Shown here: in pieces, positions 39,736 to 53,120 of the stretch
Layout of the letters: every line of letters starts with the position of its first letter
How positions within the stretch are numbered: position 1 is the first letter of the stretch
Source: the human T2T-CHM13v2.0 reference genome, Homo sapiens
Length of the DNA: 64,000 nucleotides
Reading direction: 5' to 3' (one strand)
Assembly: GCF_009914755.1 (NCBI RefSeq)
Contig: NC_060942.1
Notes under the pieces: model-generated
Told to the model about the DNA's origin: nothing
Databases searched by the model: none
What the model saw: only the letters and a program-made list of their open reading frames with translations
Program-made: the position numbers and the translations under genes

Positions 39736-42700
39736 GTTTATCTGCCTAACCTGTATTTCAATCTGTTTCCTTACTAAGAACTAATATTAAATTTCTGGAT
39801 ATAGAATACCAAATATGAACCCTAACTAGAAAACTGGGCCTGTCTACACTGGAACCGAAATTCTTTAACCATGTTAAATAAAGGAAAAGCAAAAATACCC
39901 ATGATTAGAGCAGTCATTACTTTTGGAGTTTATTTCTAAACCTTATTATTGTTTGTTCAGGTTTTCATTCCCTTTGTTTTACCCCTCCTGAGGTGCTTTC
40001 CATAATAATATCTATATTTTTAAATAAAAGGAAAAATTGTTTTGAGCTTCAGCATGTTGTGATAATTTCATAGTGTCTATGATAATGTACTATGCCCTGA
40101 GTTGTCTCGAACCCAGACTAGAAATCTTTGGGTCAGAAAATGCTTACATAAAAAAATTAAACATAACTTAAACCTATATGTGACTGTACTGTAATTTTCT
40201 TTATTGATATGAACATACATATAGTACAAATAAATTATCTAAATGGATACCTATTTTTGCATCCTAGAAAAATGTAAACTGTGCATTGAAAATAATTATC
40301 ATAAAAACTAGGACAGGAGTTATTTCTGTAGTCAGACTTTAGCTGCATACATTTTTGTTAAGTATCCAGGAAAGTTTTCCACAATGTGTCTCTGAATTAC
40401 TGTTTATCGCATCCTACACCAGAAATTATTTAATTAGAAAAATAGATTGAAGAGGATATAAGAAGCTATTCTATAAGCAAAAAGAGACTAAGAAAGTAAG
40501 ATAACTTGTTGGCTGTCACATTTAGTGATATAGTATTTAGAATATATAATCATGTCTTTTACAAACGTGTAAAATGTTCTGTAACACTTGAATGGCTGCA
40601 GCTGTCAGCTCATTTTTTCTGGATTAAGTTTGGTCAAGAAAGAAACCGCCTCATTTTCTAGTTGTCATTTGCCCAGGAAGTAAAAGCAAAATTGTAATGA
40701 GGGAATCACAGCAGGAGAGCCTCCCAACAAATGAGAGGCATATATTGACTGGCAGCCAGCATGCCATTTCAGTGATAAATGTATTTTTATACACTGCTGT
40801 TCAAGGTCACTCACTGTTGTCCTTGAGTGTGCAGCCATCAAAAGTCATTCAGTTCACATTCTAAACAGTTCTAATAATCAGTGCAAAGATGCCTGACTTT
40901 AAAAAATCAGTTATTAATTTTATACATCATTTATGTAAATTATACATCTTGATATTTCACTTCAGTTTCATCTTGCTATTGTTGAAAATTGTTGAGAAAT
41001 CAAAGAAGATGTAAATTTATGAGGCATTTGTGAGATGCATTAGTATAGATTTATTACAGTGTCCACAGAAGCCAAACTTAAACATGGATGAACTTCAGTA
41101 ATTACCCCTTCTGTGTTTTGTGCTTCTTCAGTGTTTAAAATTCATAAAGAACTTTTATAAATCTAAGCATTCCAAAACAAAGCTATTATCAATTTAAGAC
41201 TAATGCTATGTTTGAAATAGAAATTATACTAAAAAAATACAAAAAAGGACATTTTGCTTTTAGATCTGCCTCAATTCAAAGGAAATGTTGTTACTTTTTG
41301 AACAACATTTAAAAAGCACTCTTTTTAAAGTCCTTTAAAAAGTCCTTTAAAAAGCACTCTCTAATTACTCAGAGAGAGTGATCTAGTTATTCACCATTTT
41401 GTTACTCAAAACTCAAACACACTTTCTAAATATAGAATGAACAAAACCATGTTGTTACTCAGGTTTTTGATCTCCATAAATAGCAAAATGTTCAGGGATT
41501 AATCCAGTATTAAATAGCTGTCTTTTCAAAGTTAAATTAGATGCAAAATGTAATGATTTGGATCACACGAATCTTTCAGTAAATATTTTTTAAAATATTA
41601 TGATTGTTGGATTTAATAATCCTTATGTTAAATATGTGTTCACAGTGCATATTCACAGAAAATCACGGGGCCCTTTATGGTCTGTCTTCAGACTAATTTG
41701 CCAACTACGCTTATCTGACTCCACTTCATTCCTTGCACTGTAAATATTGATCATTCTGGAGGGCTTTTTGTTTGTTTGTTTTTCCCCAACAAGCTATACT
41801 CTCCTTCCTTTAGGCTTTTGAATATAGTATTCCCTCCGCATGGAGGGTGTGTGTTATACCCTTCACATTATATGTATGTTATATCATACCCTCCGCATTA
41901 TATTATACCCTCCACATGTGTGTATGTGTGTGTGCGCGCACACACACACCCTAGCCTTTGTAATCATTCATACCCAGAAAATCTCCAAGGTTTCTCACCT
42001 GGCCTACACAGTAATCCCATAATTTAACTTCTACCTGAGGTTATGGGTGTAGGAGGAGGTAAATGAATGTCTCCCTGATTTTAGCTTAGAGCTTTGGATG
42101 AATCTAATATCTAGGAGCTCCAGATAGGTAATCTCATACTTCCCTCTGACATCCCACACATACCACCCTGGCCTAGTACCACACATATATTCCTCCTGTA
42201 TATCCAGAGATGTTAGAAGTTATATGTCTCTGGTGTCTACAGTAGACAATTAAGTTCCTTGGGGCTGGCTTGGACCTTGAAATGCTTTTCCCCATAGAAA
42301 CTATTATAAATAGTACTTAGGAGATTGAACTGGCACTATAAATTCTACAACATTAAGAATTATCTTGGCTTTTGGAAACTGGCCCAGAAATCTATCTGTC
42401 GCATTGTTCCTGTTTAAAGGTGTGCAGAGTTCCAAACAACTGAATTCCAAACAAACTTTAGGACCTCTCATTTGATGGCTGCCCATGTGGAAACACTGCA
42501 ACCTACTAAACGTAAAAATGTCACTAGCAGGTCATTTTAAAAATTACCACATTGCATACGGAATAGCCAGGAGTGACACAGTAAATATACAGAACTACAA
42601 ATAGAAGGATTTCTTGTATTTAAAGTTATATTAGTTATCAATATTTTACAGATCAAAACAGTTCTTACAGTTTCACTCTTTTTTAACTTTGCAAGCAGAA

Positions 42701-43612
42701 TTTGCCTTTCAGTGAGCCCATTATGACATTGAGTTCTGAGTTTTTCATAGCTGGAACAGGAAGTATGAGTCAGATTTCTCAGTGAAGTCTAAACTTTCCA
42801 AAGATGAAACCCATAAATGGCATTTGTAGTTCTGTATTAACTCGTACTCACACCTTGAGTTGAAGGCCTGTATCATATTTAAAGAGTACTCTTGGGTTTC
42901 CTGGTTGACTTCCTTTGTAATTTAACCTTTGGCAAAGCAGTTATAAACTCTGACACCTGAACAGTCATAAATTAAAAATCTGTATTTTATAATACCGTGT
43001 CAGGCATCTTAATGTACAATGCTGTATCTAACCACTAATCTCAATTGACTGTTAAATAGAAATGTTTAGCATAAAACTATTATCATATTATAAAAAACTG
43101 TTTAAAAAAATGATGTCCTTATCATTTCTAAACTATAAAAGCAACTAAATGTATGTTAAATAATTTTTTTTGTTAATAATCTTCCTTTTTTAAAAAAAGC
43201 AGAAGCACAGTTTTAGGGAGCATGCATTTACCATATAATATTACACTTACCATGTAATGTTATAATTTTAATTTCAACATTTAAAGTGATCTGGCAACTA
43301 TGACTCTCATCTCTGAGCAAGTAAAATATTTTTATGGAAAAATAAAATAGTGCATAGGAGTATGAAATTGTTTATACCAGGAAAATCTGATAAACTTTAA
43401 GATTTCAAAGACAAGCTAATATGAAATCTGGAAGACTGTAAGCCAGTGACTTATGGTGGTTCTTCTGAGGGATGGGATTTGATGAGTAAGTATATTTGGG
43501 TAGGGTTTTCAGTTTTATTATAAGTACCCCAAAAATAGTAGTACTATAGGTAATTTTTAGTTTCTTTTTTTATATTTTTCCCGGTGTTTTTCAAAGAAAA
43601 AAATATTTAAAT

Positions 43613-43827
43613 CAGGGGTGTCTTAATCTTTTGACTTTCCTGGGCCATACTGGAAGAAGAAGAATTGTCTTGGTCCACACACATAAAATATACTAACACT
43701 AATGCTAGCTTATGAGCTAAAAACAAAAAATCTCATCTTTTAAGAAAGTTTATGAATTTGTGTTGGGCCACATTCAAAGCCATCCTGGGCCGCATGTGGC
43801 CCATAGACCACAGGTTGGACAAGCTTG
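43613..43827 (+). mobile_element. MER30 hAT-Charlie MITE
   Basis: caggggtgtc..ggaagaagaagaattgtcttgg..gggccacattcaaagcc..ggttggacaagcttg. 8-bp TSD-like atttaaat / gtctaaat. Confidence 0.88.
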
Positions 43828-44786
43828 GTCTAAATAAAAATTATGCTTCTACTAAAAATTATTTTTGCTAATGCGAAGTTCATATATAAAGTCTTTTAAG
43901 CCTCAGAAGTGTGTCCAAACTACCTTCTCATACACTTACTCCTAAAGGAAAATATTATATTAAATGGAAAGCTTCTGGTTGAGTTTTAGATGCTTTTTTC
44001 TTTAAAGTGAATAAAATTAGCATGCATAGTATTAAAGTGTGCCCTTAATAGCATCTGTAATAAGGCATAGAATGTTATTTTAAGGCACACGTCTCTGGGT
44101 CACATGCATGATAGTAATTATGAGCAGATTACTAACAAAGTGCATTCTGTGTTATAAACAGAGAGTATCACAGGATTCACGTCTGCTTGGAAAGAACATA
44201 AGTTAAAACATCAAAGCAGTTTTTTTTTTTTCTTCAAGATTGTAGTTATTTAGATAGCTTGTCAGTGGTAGTGCAACAAGTGGGCTTGTGTTATTGATTT
44301 TCACCTGTATTACCACAACATTTTTCATTGACAAATATTAATTGCTTATTAAGTACTAAAGAGTTTGATGGTCCAAATATTGAATTTTGTAATGAATTGA
44401 CCTTTTAGTTTTGCTTATCATTAGGCAGTATGATTGCATTAAAGATACAAAGGTTTAAGCCAATATATCTCCCACTTTAAGAACATTAAATAGATATTCC
44501 TCTAAAATTTAATTTTAGTGATAGGATATTCACTTTCCCTTTCATTCAGGTAAATTACCTTTGGCCAAACTATAGGGAATGCTTATATAAATATGAATTG
44601 TGTGGCTATAATTAGTAGTAAAGTATCCAGCATTTTTTGCATTGATTCTAGCTTATGAATACAGAGACTAATTGAAATTTGTATCAAAACCAAATTGGTG
44701 ATTATGATCACTAATGTAGATTTTTTAAAGTCATTAATTTGGTTAATTTTTTTGTGTGTTCGAGAAGAATCTGCATATCTAAGTGA

Positions 44787-45239
<453 letters not shown>

Positions 45240-45929
45240 TTATACTTGGAGAAATCTTAAGTATATTATACATTGGGCTTTCTAAAACATAATTTGTGGA
45301 TAACTGATGAAATTTAAAGTTAAAATTAGAGAAATTAGAGTGTTTTGAGTTGGCAAGTATTTGTAGATTAAAATGTTAAATTTAATTCAAATATATGTTT
45401 TTGATTGCAGAAATTTGACTTTTTAATAATTGATTTTCTGATCTCTGAGTCAGATAATTACTACTTGATAAAGGGTTATCATTTAAAAGTTTAAATACTG
45501 TCAACCTTCAAAGCAATTTTGTTATTAACTACATTAATTTATCACAAAATCCTCTTTTAAAGGTGATTTGTACATTGGGAACAACCTTGAAATATTTAAT
45601 TTAAAAATAAAATATTAGATAAAATATTATATTTCAGGTCTACAATGTGTAAAATGAGCCCAGGTCTTTCTTTTCTGCCCACCCCTTATACTGCTAGTGT
45701 CTCCTGTCGTTTTATCCTCATCCTTTTGGTCTTTTCACTCTATCTACTCTTCATGGACTTTCTCAACCATTTACATTGGATTTTTTAACAAACATTCCTG
45801 GAGAAGCTGCTGTGTACCAGGAACAGGGCTGAGTGCAGGGTCTATTCCTTCCACATCTCTCTATGTGCTGGTTCCTCCCAAATCTGCCTTTCTTTTCATA
45901 AACCTGTTCCTAAGCTCCAAATTCATTTT

Positions 45930-46790
45930 CCTCACTCTCTAACATATTTCTGTGTGCTCAGTCCCTCCACCTGAATTCTCACACTGAGCTCATTATTTCC
46001 TCTGACACCTTCCCACTGATCCCTATCCGCCGCGCCCTCCCCAGGGTCTTCTTTCCTTTGTGCCTTCCCTGTCCAGGTCACAGCAGCACCACCAGCCCCG
46101 CTTGCCCTCTCCTTCCTGTCCATGCCCACTTCCTCATTCAGCTCCCCATTTCTCTGCTACATTTGCTTCCCAACAAGTCCTTCTTCCTTTCTGTTTCCCT
46201 CTTCTCCACCCTCTGCAGAATTTTCTTAAAACTAGTCTGATCTGACCATTCTCATATTTAAAAACTTCAGAAAACTCTCTATTGACTATGAATTAAGTCC
46301 ACATTTCTTGACACCACAAGAAGGCGGCTTATAGCCTGGCCATAGCTGCCTTTCTGCCTCGTTTTCAAGCCTGCCTGTCTCCACCTCTCCTCGCCCCCTG
46401 GTGCTCCCCTAGGCAGAGTGACACGGGAGTGCTGGCCGTTTTCTTGGACCCCTCTGAAGTCTTCACTTGGCACATGTTTGCTTAGACTCATCTCTTGTTC
46501 TTCTCACCAACTTCTGGTGGTCCTTTAAAGCTCAGTTCAAATACAACCTTCTCTCTGTACCTTTTTCTGACATCTCCTGCCGCTGGACAGAAACTACTGT
46601 CTCCTCGTCTGTGTTTCCGTGACATCTTCAGCACATCTCTATTACGCTGTTGATTGCACCATACCATAGTCGCTTACTGTCAACCTGTTGGTCTCCCATT
46701 CCTAGATTCACTGGCAGGGGTCCTATCTCATCTTTATACTCTGATATCTTGCACAGGACCTAAAACAAAAATCTCAGTAAATATTTTTAA
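45930..46790 (+). mobile_element. L2 fragment
   Basis: Pyrimidine-rich L2 3' region ending ..ctagatt..ggcaggggtcctatctcatcttt..gcacaggacct..ctcagtaaatattt. Confidence 0.65.
46391..46404 (-). promoter_or_regulatory. Candidate CTCF core motif
   Basis: Reverse strand GCACCAGGGGGCGA versus consensus CCACCAGGGGGCGC. Motif match only. Confidence 0.35.
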
Positions 46791-47289
46791 CTACATTTTC
46801 CTAAAACTATTTAATCCCATGAGGTAGGCAAGACAGATAATATTATTTTACAAATAAGCAAATCAGAAAATTTTACCTATTCATAAAACCAGCAAAGACA
46901 AATTTTAATCCACTAAGTGAAAGTGGATAGTCTAAGTATAAGTCAGAGGACTGACAAGTAATGTCAGTGTTATTTTGCCACAGTAATTACTCTGGGAGAT
47001 TTGCAAATGCAATTGCTATGTGAAAAAAAGACATATATTGCATATTTTATGAATATTATGATTTTAATAGAAAAATGTTGAATGTTATATCAAAAGTAGA
47101 AGGTTAATTTTATCTTTTTGTAACTTGGTATTTCTTTATATTTTTATTGCATTTATTTTGAACAATGCAATTGTTTTACTATTAAAATTGTATTGGGAAA
47201 AGTAAAAATGTGAAAGGAGCTTTAAGTTAGAAGGTATTCATTCTAGATCAGTCTCTAATAAGTCACCATCATCAAGGGAATTCACTTTT

Positions 47290-47343
47290 TGTTTTTTTAT
47301 TTCAATAGGTTTTGGGGGAACAGGTGGTGTTTGGTTACATGAC
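47290..47343 (-). mobile_element. Severely 5'-truncated L1PB 3' end
   Basis: tttttatttcaataggttttgggggaacaggtggtgtttggttacatga is the L1PB 3' terminus in reverse. Confidence 0.75.
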
Positions 47344-50300
47344 TAAATAACTTGGTATTTCTTAACAAAAGGAATGAACCTTGTAATGCAGAACAACATA
47401 CAACATAAATTAGGTTATGTTCCAGACTAATCTAATTTTCAGTTTTAATAAGTGGAAGAGGCATAATAAACTACACATAAAAGTGTAAAATTTCTAAATC
47501 TGTAATGTGTCCTAGTGAATATGTTCTATCATTATCCAAAATAAACATGAATCCAAAGGTATGGTAATGTTGGTTAATATATGTATGAATTTTAGAATTT
47601 TATTTTATGTTGTAATGTAACACTTTCAAGCATTTCTCTTTTCAGAATGGTGAAAATGTTAAATACTTTTGAAACATAATTTCAAAAAAAATAATTTCCC
47701 TAGCTTTATAATCTACATCAGACAATTTTGTGTCACCAGGCACTATACCAGGCAAAGGAGAGGTGACAAAGGAGCGGGAACACATGTGAAGATCCTGACC
47801 TACTGCTCTAACCAAACCATCTTCCGTTAACCATAACCCAAATCAAAACCCACGAAAATGCCAAGTCCCATCATGACGGACATTTACTTAGGAATGTGAT
47901 TGCTGTCCAGTGAGTTAGTGTGTACATGTGTCTGCTGAAGTCCTGCCATGTAAAAGCCTGAAATGTCTAGAAAGGGTGGAGATAATCAAGACCATTCATG
48001 CTGCTGAGGAACTCCATGTGGAAGCAGGAGGGGAGGGATTTATTTTCATAGCACAGTATAAGACTTCTAGCATGTGTTCAAATAGTTTTCTATTAGAAAT
48101 ACTGAAAAAAACATTTAGCTTTGGGTTTGCCCAGATCTGAAGAAAACATTTTGTGTGACTTTTTAGGCATATGCAAGTGAAACTTTAATAAATATTTCAT
48201 ATGAGCAGTGTAAATATTTGATAATTTATTCACTATTCTTTTATTTAAAACAACCACATTTATCTAAATTATATTAGTATTCAGCAGTAGAGTGTCCATG
48301 AATCATCTTTAAGTATGGCTGTGTAATTATATTTTTAAATGTTAAATTATATCAAAACGTTATGTTTTCATTTATGTCTTTAGGCTTTTTTAATCATTAT
48401 TGAGTCTAAAAGTTGTACAGTACAAACATACTGCTGTCATTTTATTAGCCAAAAATTGGTGGTGATCATATAATATATTAACTTGTGATGTTTGGGATTT
48501 TTAGCAAACCTAATTTTCAAAGTATGATTCTATATAATTAATCATTTCAACATGCAAAGAAAAGACATATCAATTATGTATAATTTAATTGGATATTCTA
48601 TTGTTACTTTATCCTGGAAATATTGGGCCTAATAAATCAGAAGAACAGGGAAGAGCAAGGCTAGTTCCTGATTATCTGCAGCAAGAAAAGGGGAAAGAAG
48701 GGCTTAGACATTAATAGGTGAATTAATGTCTAATTGATGGAGAACTTTTCTTTGAATCTGGAAGTTTCCCAGTTAAATCGAAGGGAAAATGCTCCTAAAA
48801 TCAGTACCTATTTTTTAGAGTTTGCTGTATGATGATTACAGCGTTTTTAAGTTTGGTAAGCAACGATTGGCTTAAATGTTTATTCTCTATTTTTCTATTC
48901 ATAAAACTTCCTTTTAAAAATAATTTTGATAATTTATAAAGGATCTTAGTGAAAATATAAGCCTCGATACCATAAAAAACTTATTAGGAATGTCAAAATT
49001 ACAATAATACAATAGTTTTGAGCATGTATTTTGATTCTCACTATTCCTAGATAAGGGTGTTGTATGTGTATATGTGCATATGCACATGCATGTTAATATA
49101 TAACCCCCCCACAGAAGAAATATTGAAAACTATTACTTGCATCATAAGGATTGTCAATATGTAGGTAGTGAAAAGCTCTTTCAATTCATCAATGTCAGTT
49201 TGTCCTCGAATGACATATACGTAACTTTTAGTAACTGAAAATGAGCAGTAAACACTGAAGCTAGTTTTAAGAAATAAAGAGAGCCTGTTTACTTGAGGCA
49301 TTATATCTTACAATAAAACTTAAGATAGCTCACTTTATTATATTTATCCTTAAATCTATTTTCCATTAAGATGTTAAAATGATATCAAGTCTACTTGTTT
49401 TTCCCTCTGAATATATATTCTTTTCAATTAGATGGTGATAGAAAATAATTCATTGAATAGTTTCAATACCTTGGCTTGGAAAATGCCAAAACAGGTTGAC
49501 TTTATAACATAAAGTTGGCATAATGTGAATAAAAAGCATTGCCTCAGCCCTCCATCAAGAAAAGAAATTATAGAGATAAACACTCTGTTTTCAACTCTCA
49601 AATCTCTGTTCAAAATCATTGTAGAACTGCCAAAGGGCAGCATCTAGTCTTATGTGCGTAGACTATAGGAGATAGTACAACCAATAAGAAAAGCTGAGCT
49701 CTTTTCAATACGAGAGTTTTAGGATTGCATTTACCATGTACTTCCATTTTGGTCGATATTTTTAGTTTTTATATTTTGCGTCCCAAGTGAGAAAGAAACA
49801 GGTTCCTAACTCTAATTATCCTTTACTTAAAAAGTGCTTATTTATGGTCCTTGTAGGAAGATATTGCCTCTTTGGGGATACAGACAAGCTGATGGGAGGG
49901 TGAAAACCTTCAGGCACTGAGGACCAGGGAGGGAGGCTGCTGGTGAGAGAGATGGGGCTACCATCTCTGTAACCTGGCCTGGGTATCTGGGGAAATCAAC
50001 ACAGGTGCCTTCCTCCTCCTTAGCCAGTGAAGAAAGCCAGGACAACTCTGTTTTAAGAGGTTTGAACTCCTGGAGGTGGGTCAAATAAAAGAGTGTTTCT
50101 TCATCCTCACTGTGACAGTGGGCCAGTGGACCCTGCCTCACCCCACACGAAGGCAGGACTACCCTGGGAAAATGGGCTTCCTATGTCCCAGGCAGTGCTG
50201 TCATCCCAGCCGTCCTCACAGGGATGGCAGGGTAGGGGAGATTGCCGTGGACCAGGACAGCACCAGGATAGGAAGGGAGGTTGGGCCAATCCAGGGACCT

Positions 50301-50689
50301 TCCTGTGTATGTGGAAGCCACCTCCATGCCACATGGGGTTGGGAGTCTAGGGGTTCTGCGAGGTCCCCTGAAATTCAGAAGGGTCTGCAAGGTGGCCTGG
50401 CTGACTGTTGCCTGTCCAGAATGAGGAGACGGACACTTCTGCCGGGCAAGCTCCAGCACCGCCACAAGCTCTTGTTTCCAAGCAGCCCTGCTGTAGCTGC
50501 CTGGGCTGGGGCTGCACCCAGCCTCCAAGCACCACCAGACATCACTCAAGGTCTTTGTTATTTGGTGTGGCGAAGTCACTTATAAGTGTTAGTGTATAAT
50601 ATACATAAGACTTTCTCAGCTGTAGGAAAGTCAAGCTACGGAAATTGAAGATCCAGCAGTTCATAGCTTTCTTTTACCTGGTATTCTGT

Positions 50690-50900
50690 GAGGCAGCAGA
50701 CTCTGGCCCCAGACTGCCTGGATTCTAACCCAAACAAGTTATCGCACCTCCCTGTGCCTCGGTCCCCTCATCTATGAGGTGGGGAATAACATAGTCTGCT
50801 TATCTCATTGGGTTGATATGTAAAGATTAAAAAGTTTATGTAAAAGTGTCTGGAACAGCACCTGGCATATCATACATGCTACAAAAGTTTGCCTTCTTAG
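50690..50900 (+). mobile_element. MIR
   Basis: gactctggccccagactgcctggattc..ctgtgcctcggtcccctcatctatga..gtaaaagtgtctggaacagcacctggcat. Confidence 0.8.
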
Positions 50901-50923
50901 TATGCTTTTTGAATTCTCTATAG

Positions 50924-51253
50924 CAACAGTCCCCAACCTTTTTGGCAGCAGGGACCAGTTTCATGGAAGACAAGTTTTCCATGGACCTGAGTGGGATGGA
51001 TGGTTTTGTGATGAAACTGTTCCTCCTCAGATCATCAGGCATTAGTTAGATTCTCATAAGGAGGGCACAACCTAGATTCCTCGCATGCACAGTTCACAAT
51101 AGGGTTTGCACACCTATGAGAATCTAACACTGCCACTGACCTGACAGGAGGCAGAGGCTTGCTTACCTGTCACTCACCCTCCTGCTGTATGGCCTGGTTC
51201 TTAACAGGCCATGGACCGGTACCAGTCCATGGTCCAGGGGTTGAGGACCACTG
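50924..51253 (+). mobile_element. MER1B hAT-Charlie MITE
   Basis: gtccccaacctttttggca..ttcatggaagacaa..cctcagatcatcaggcattagttagattctcataagg..ggggttgaggaccactg. Confidence 0.9.
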
Positions 51254-51901
51254 TTCTGTGGTATAGCATAGTAATGCATGTTTACCCTTCCATGTACAAT
51301 TTTAAAATTTATTTCAAGGATGACAACAACTGTTTTATAGTTGACCTTTGCTAAATCCACTTTTTGTTTTAAAGTATTACATTATATGATGCAATTTTAT
51401 CAAGACCCAATGGTGAGACAGAAACTAACCTCTTTAAGCACCCAGGTGATATGATGTAAGTGTTGAGAATTAGTAAATTGGAGAAGAGAGAAATAGAAGA
51501 GAGTTAACGAGCAATAAATGAATGGGAGTACATGTTTAATGAAAATAAACAGGGTGCAAAATGAGTACTAATGTATTTTGGAAAGTGATAGAAGAGGCTT
51601 TAGAGCAGGGGTTGATCATCTGGGTTTTTGTCAGTGGATGCCTCTTCAAGATGTTTCTGCAGCCCCAAGACACTGTCCATTGGCTTAGGTGTGCACATCT
51701 CACTCTCCTAAAGATAACGGGGAGCACTGCAGATGCAGCCATCTGCATGCCAACAACTGTACGAGTTTTTCCTTTTCAAGGAGTTCTAGTAAATTATCTT
51801 TTAATGGTGATCATCAGCCACAATTGCTGTTTTCTGATAAAATAAGCATATGCTGGCCAGGCTGCATAGGGTTATGAGAAACTGTAATGACATCTGATCT
51901 A

Positions 51902-52259
<358 letters not shown>

Positions 52260-52276
52260 GAAAGTCCACATCTTGA

Positions 52277-52616
<340 letters not shown>

Positions 52617-52649
52617 TCAAAGATACCATCCAACTCTAAGATGTCTTGA

Positions 52650-53120
52650 TTGGAAAGCTTGGAGAGAGTTTAAGGAAAATCCACTGAAATTATTAAAAAG
52701 TTGAGAAATAAAACCTGAAAGGAAAGGTTATAGTCACTGGGATTTTTTTTTTTTAATCCTGAAAACAAAATTAAGTAAAAGAGGGGGCAGGCTGCTGCAA
52801 CAGTCCTCAAGCTTTTAAAAGGCTGTCACACTAAGATTGGTCACCAGCTGTTCTCCATCTCTACTGAGGCCAGGACCAGAGGAAGCAAGCTTCAACTGCA
52901 GTGTTTTGGATTTAGATTTGATATAAGGAAAAATTCCCTGACAGCACACATTGTTAAACACTGAAAAGGGTCCTCAGGGGAGATGTGGGAATCTTTCTCT
53001 GGAGATATCTGAAAACAGAATAGATTTTCATCTGTCTGACCTGCTTCACCGTAGCCCTGTCCACACACACAGCAGAATGGGTGACCTTTCAGTGTTCTTG
53101 GCAACACCATGTGATCTTAA
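52650..53120 (+). mobile_element. CR1/L3 LINE 3' fragment
   Basis: Degenerate CR1 ORF2 C-terminal coding pattern (..KGCH..QLFSISTE.RTRG..LQ...FRFDIRKN.LT...VKH..) followed by a CR1-type 3' end. Confidence 0.7.

Noticed and set aside
50076-50585. 169-aa ORF, the longest in the window
   Set aside because: Non-ATG start. It lies in a GC-rich, stop-poor island with ORFs in many frames and shows no similarity to a protein family I recognise.
51207-51232. Palindrome ccatggaccggtaccagtccatgg
   Set aside because: Intrinsic to the MER1B element, not an independent structure.
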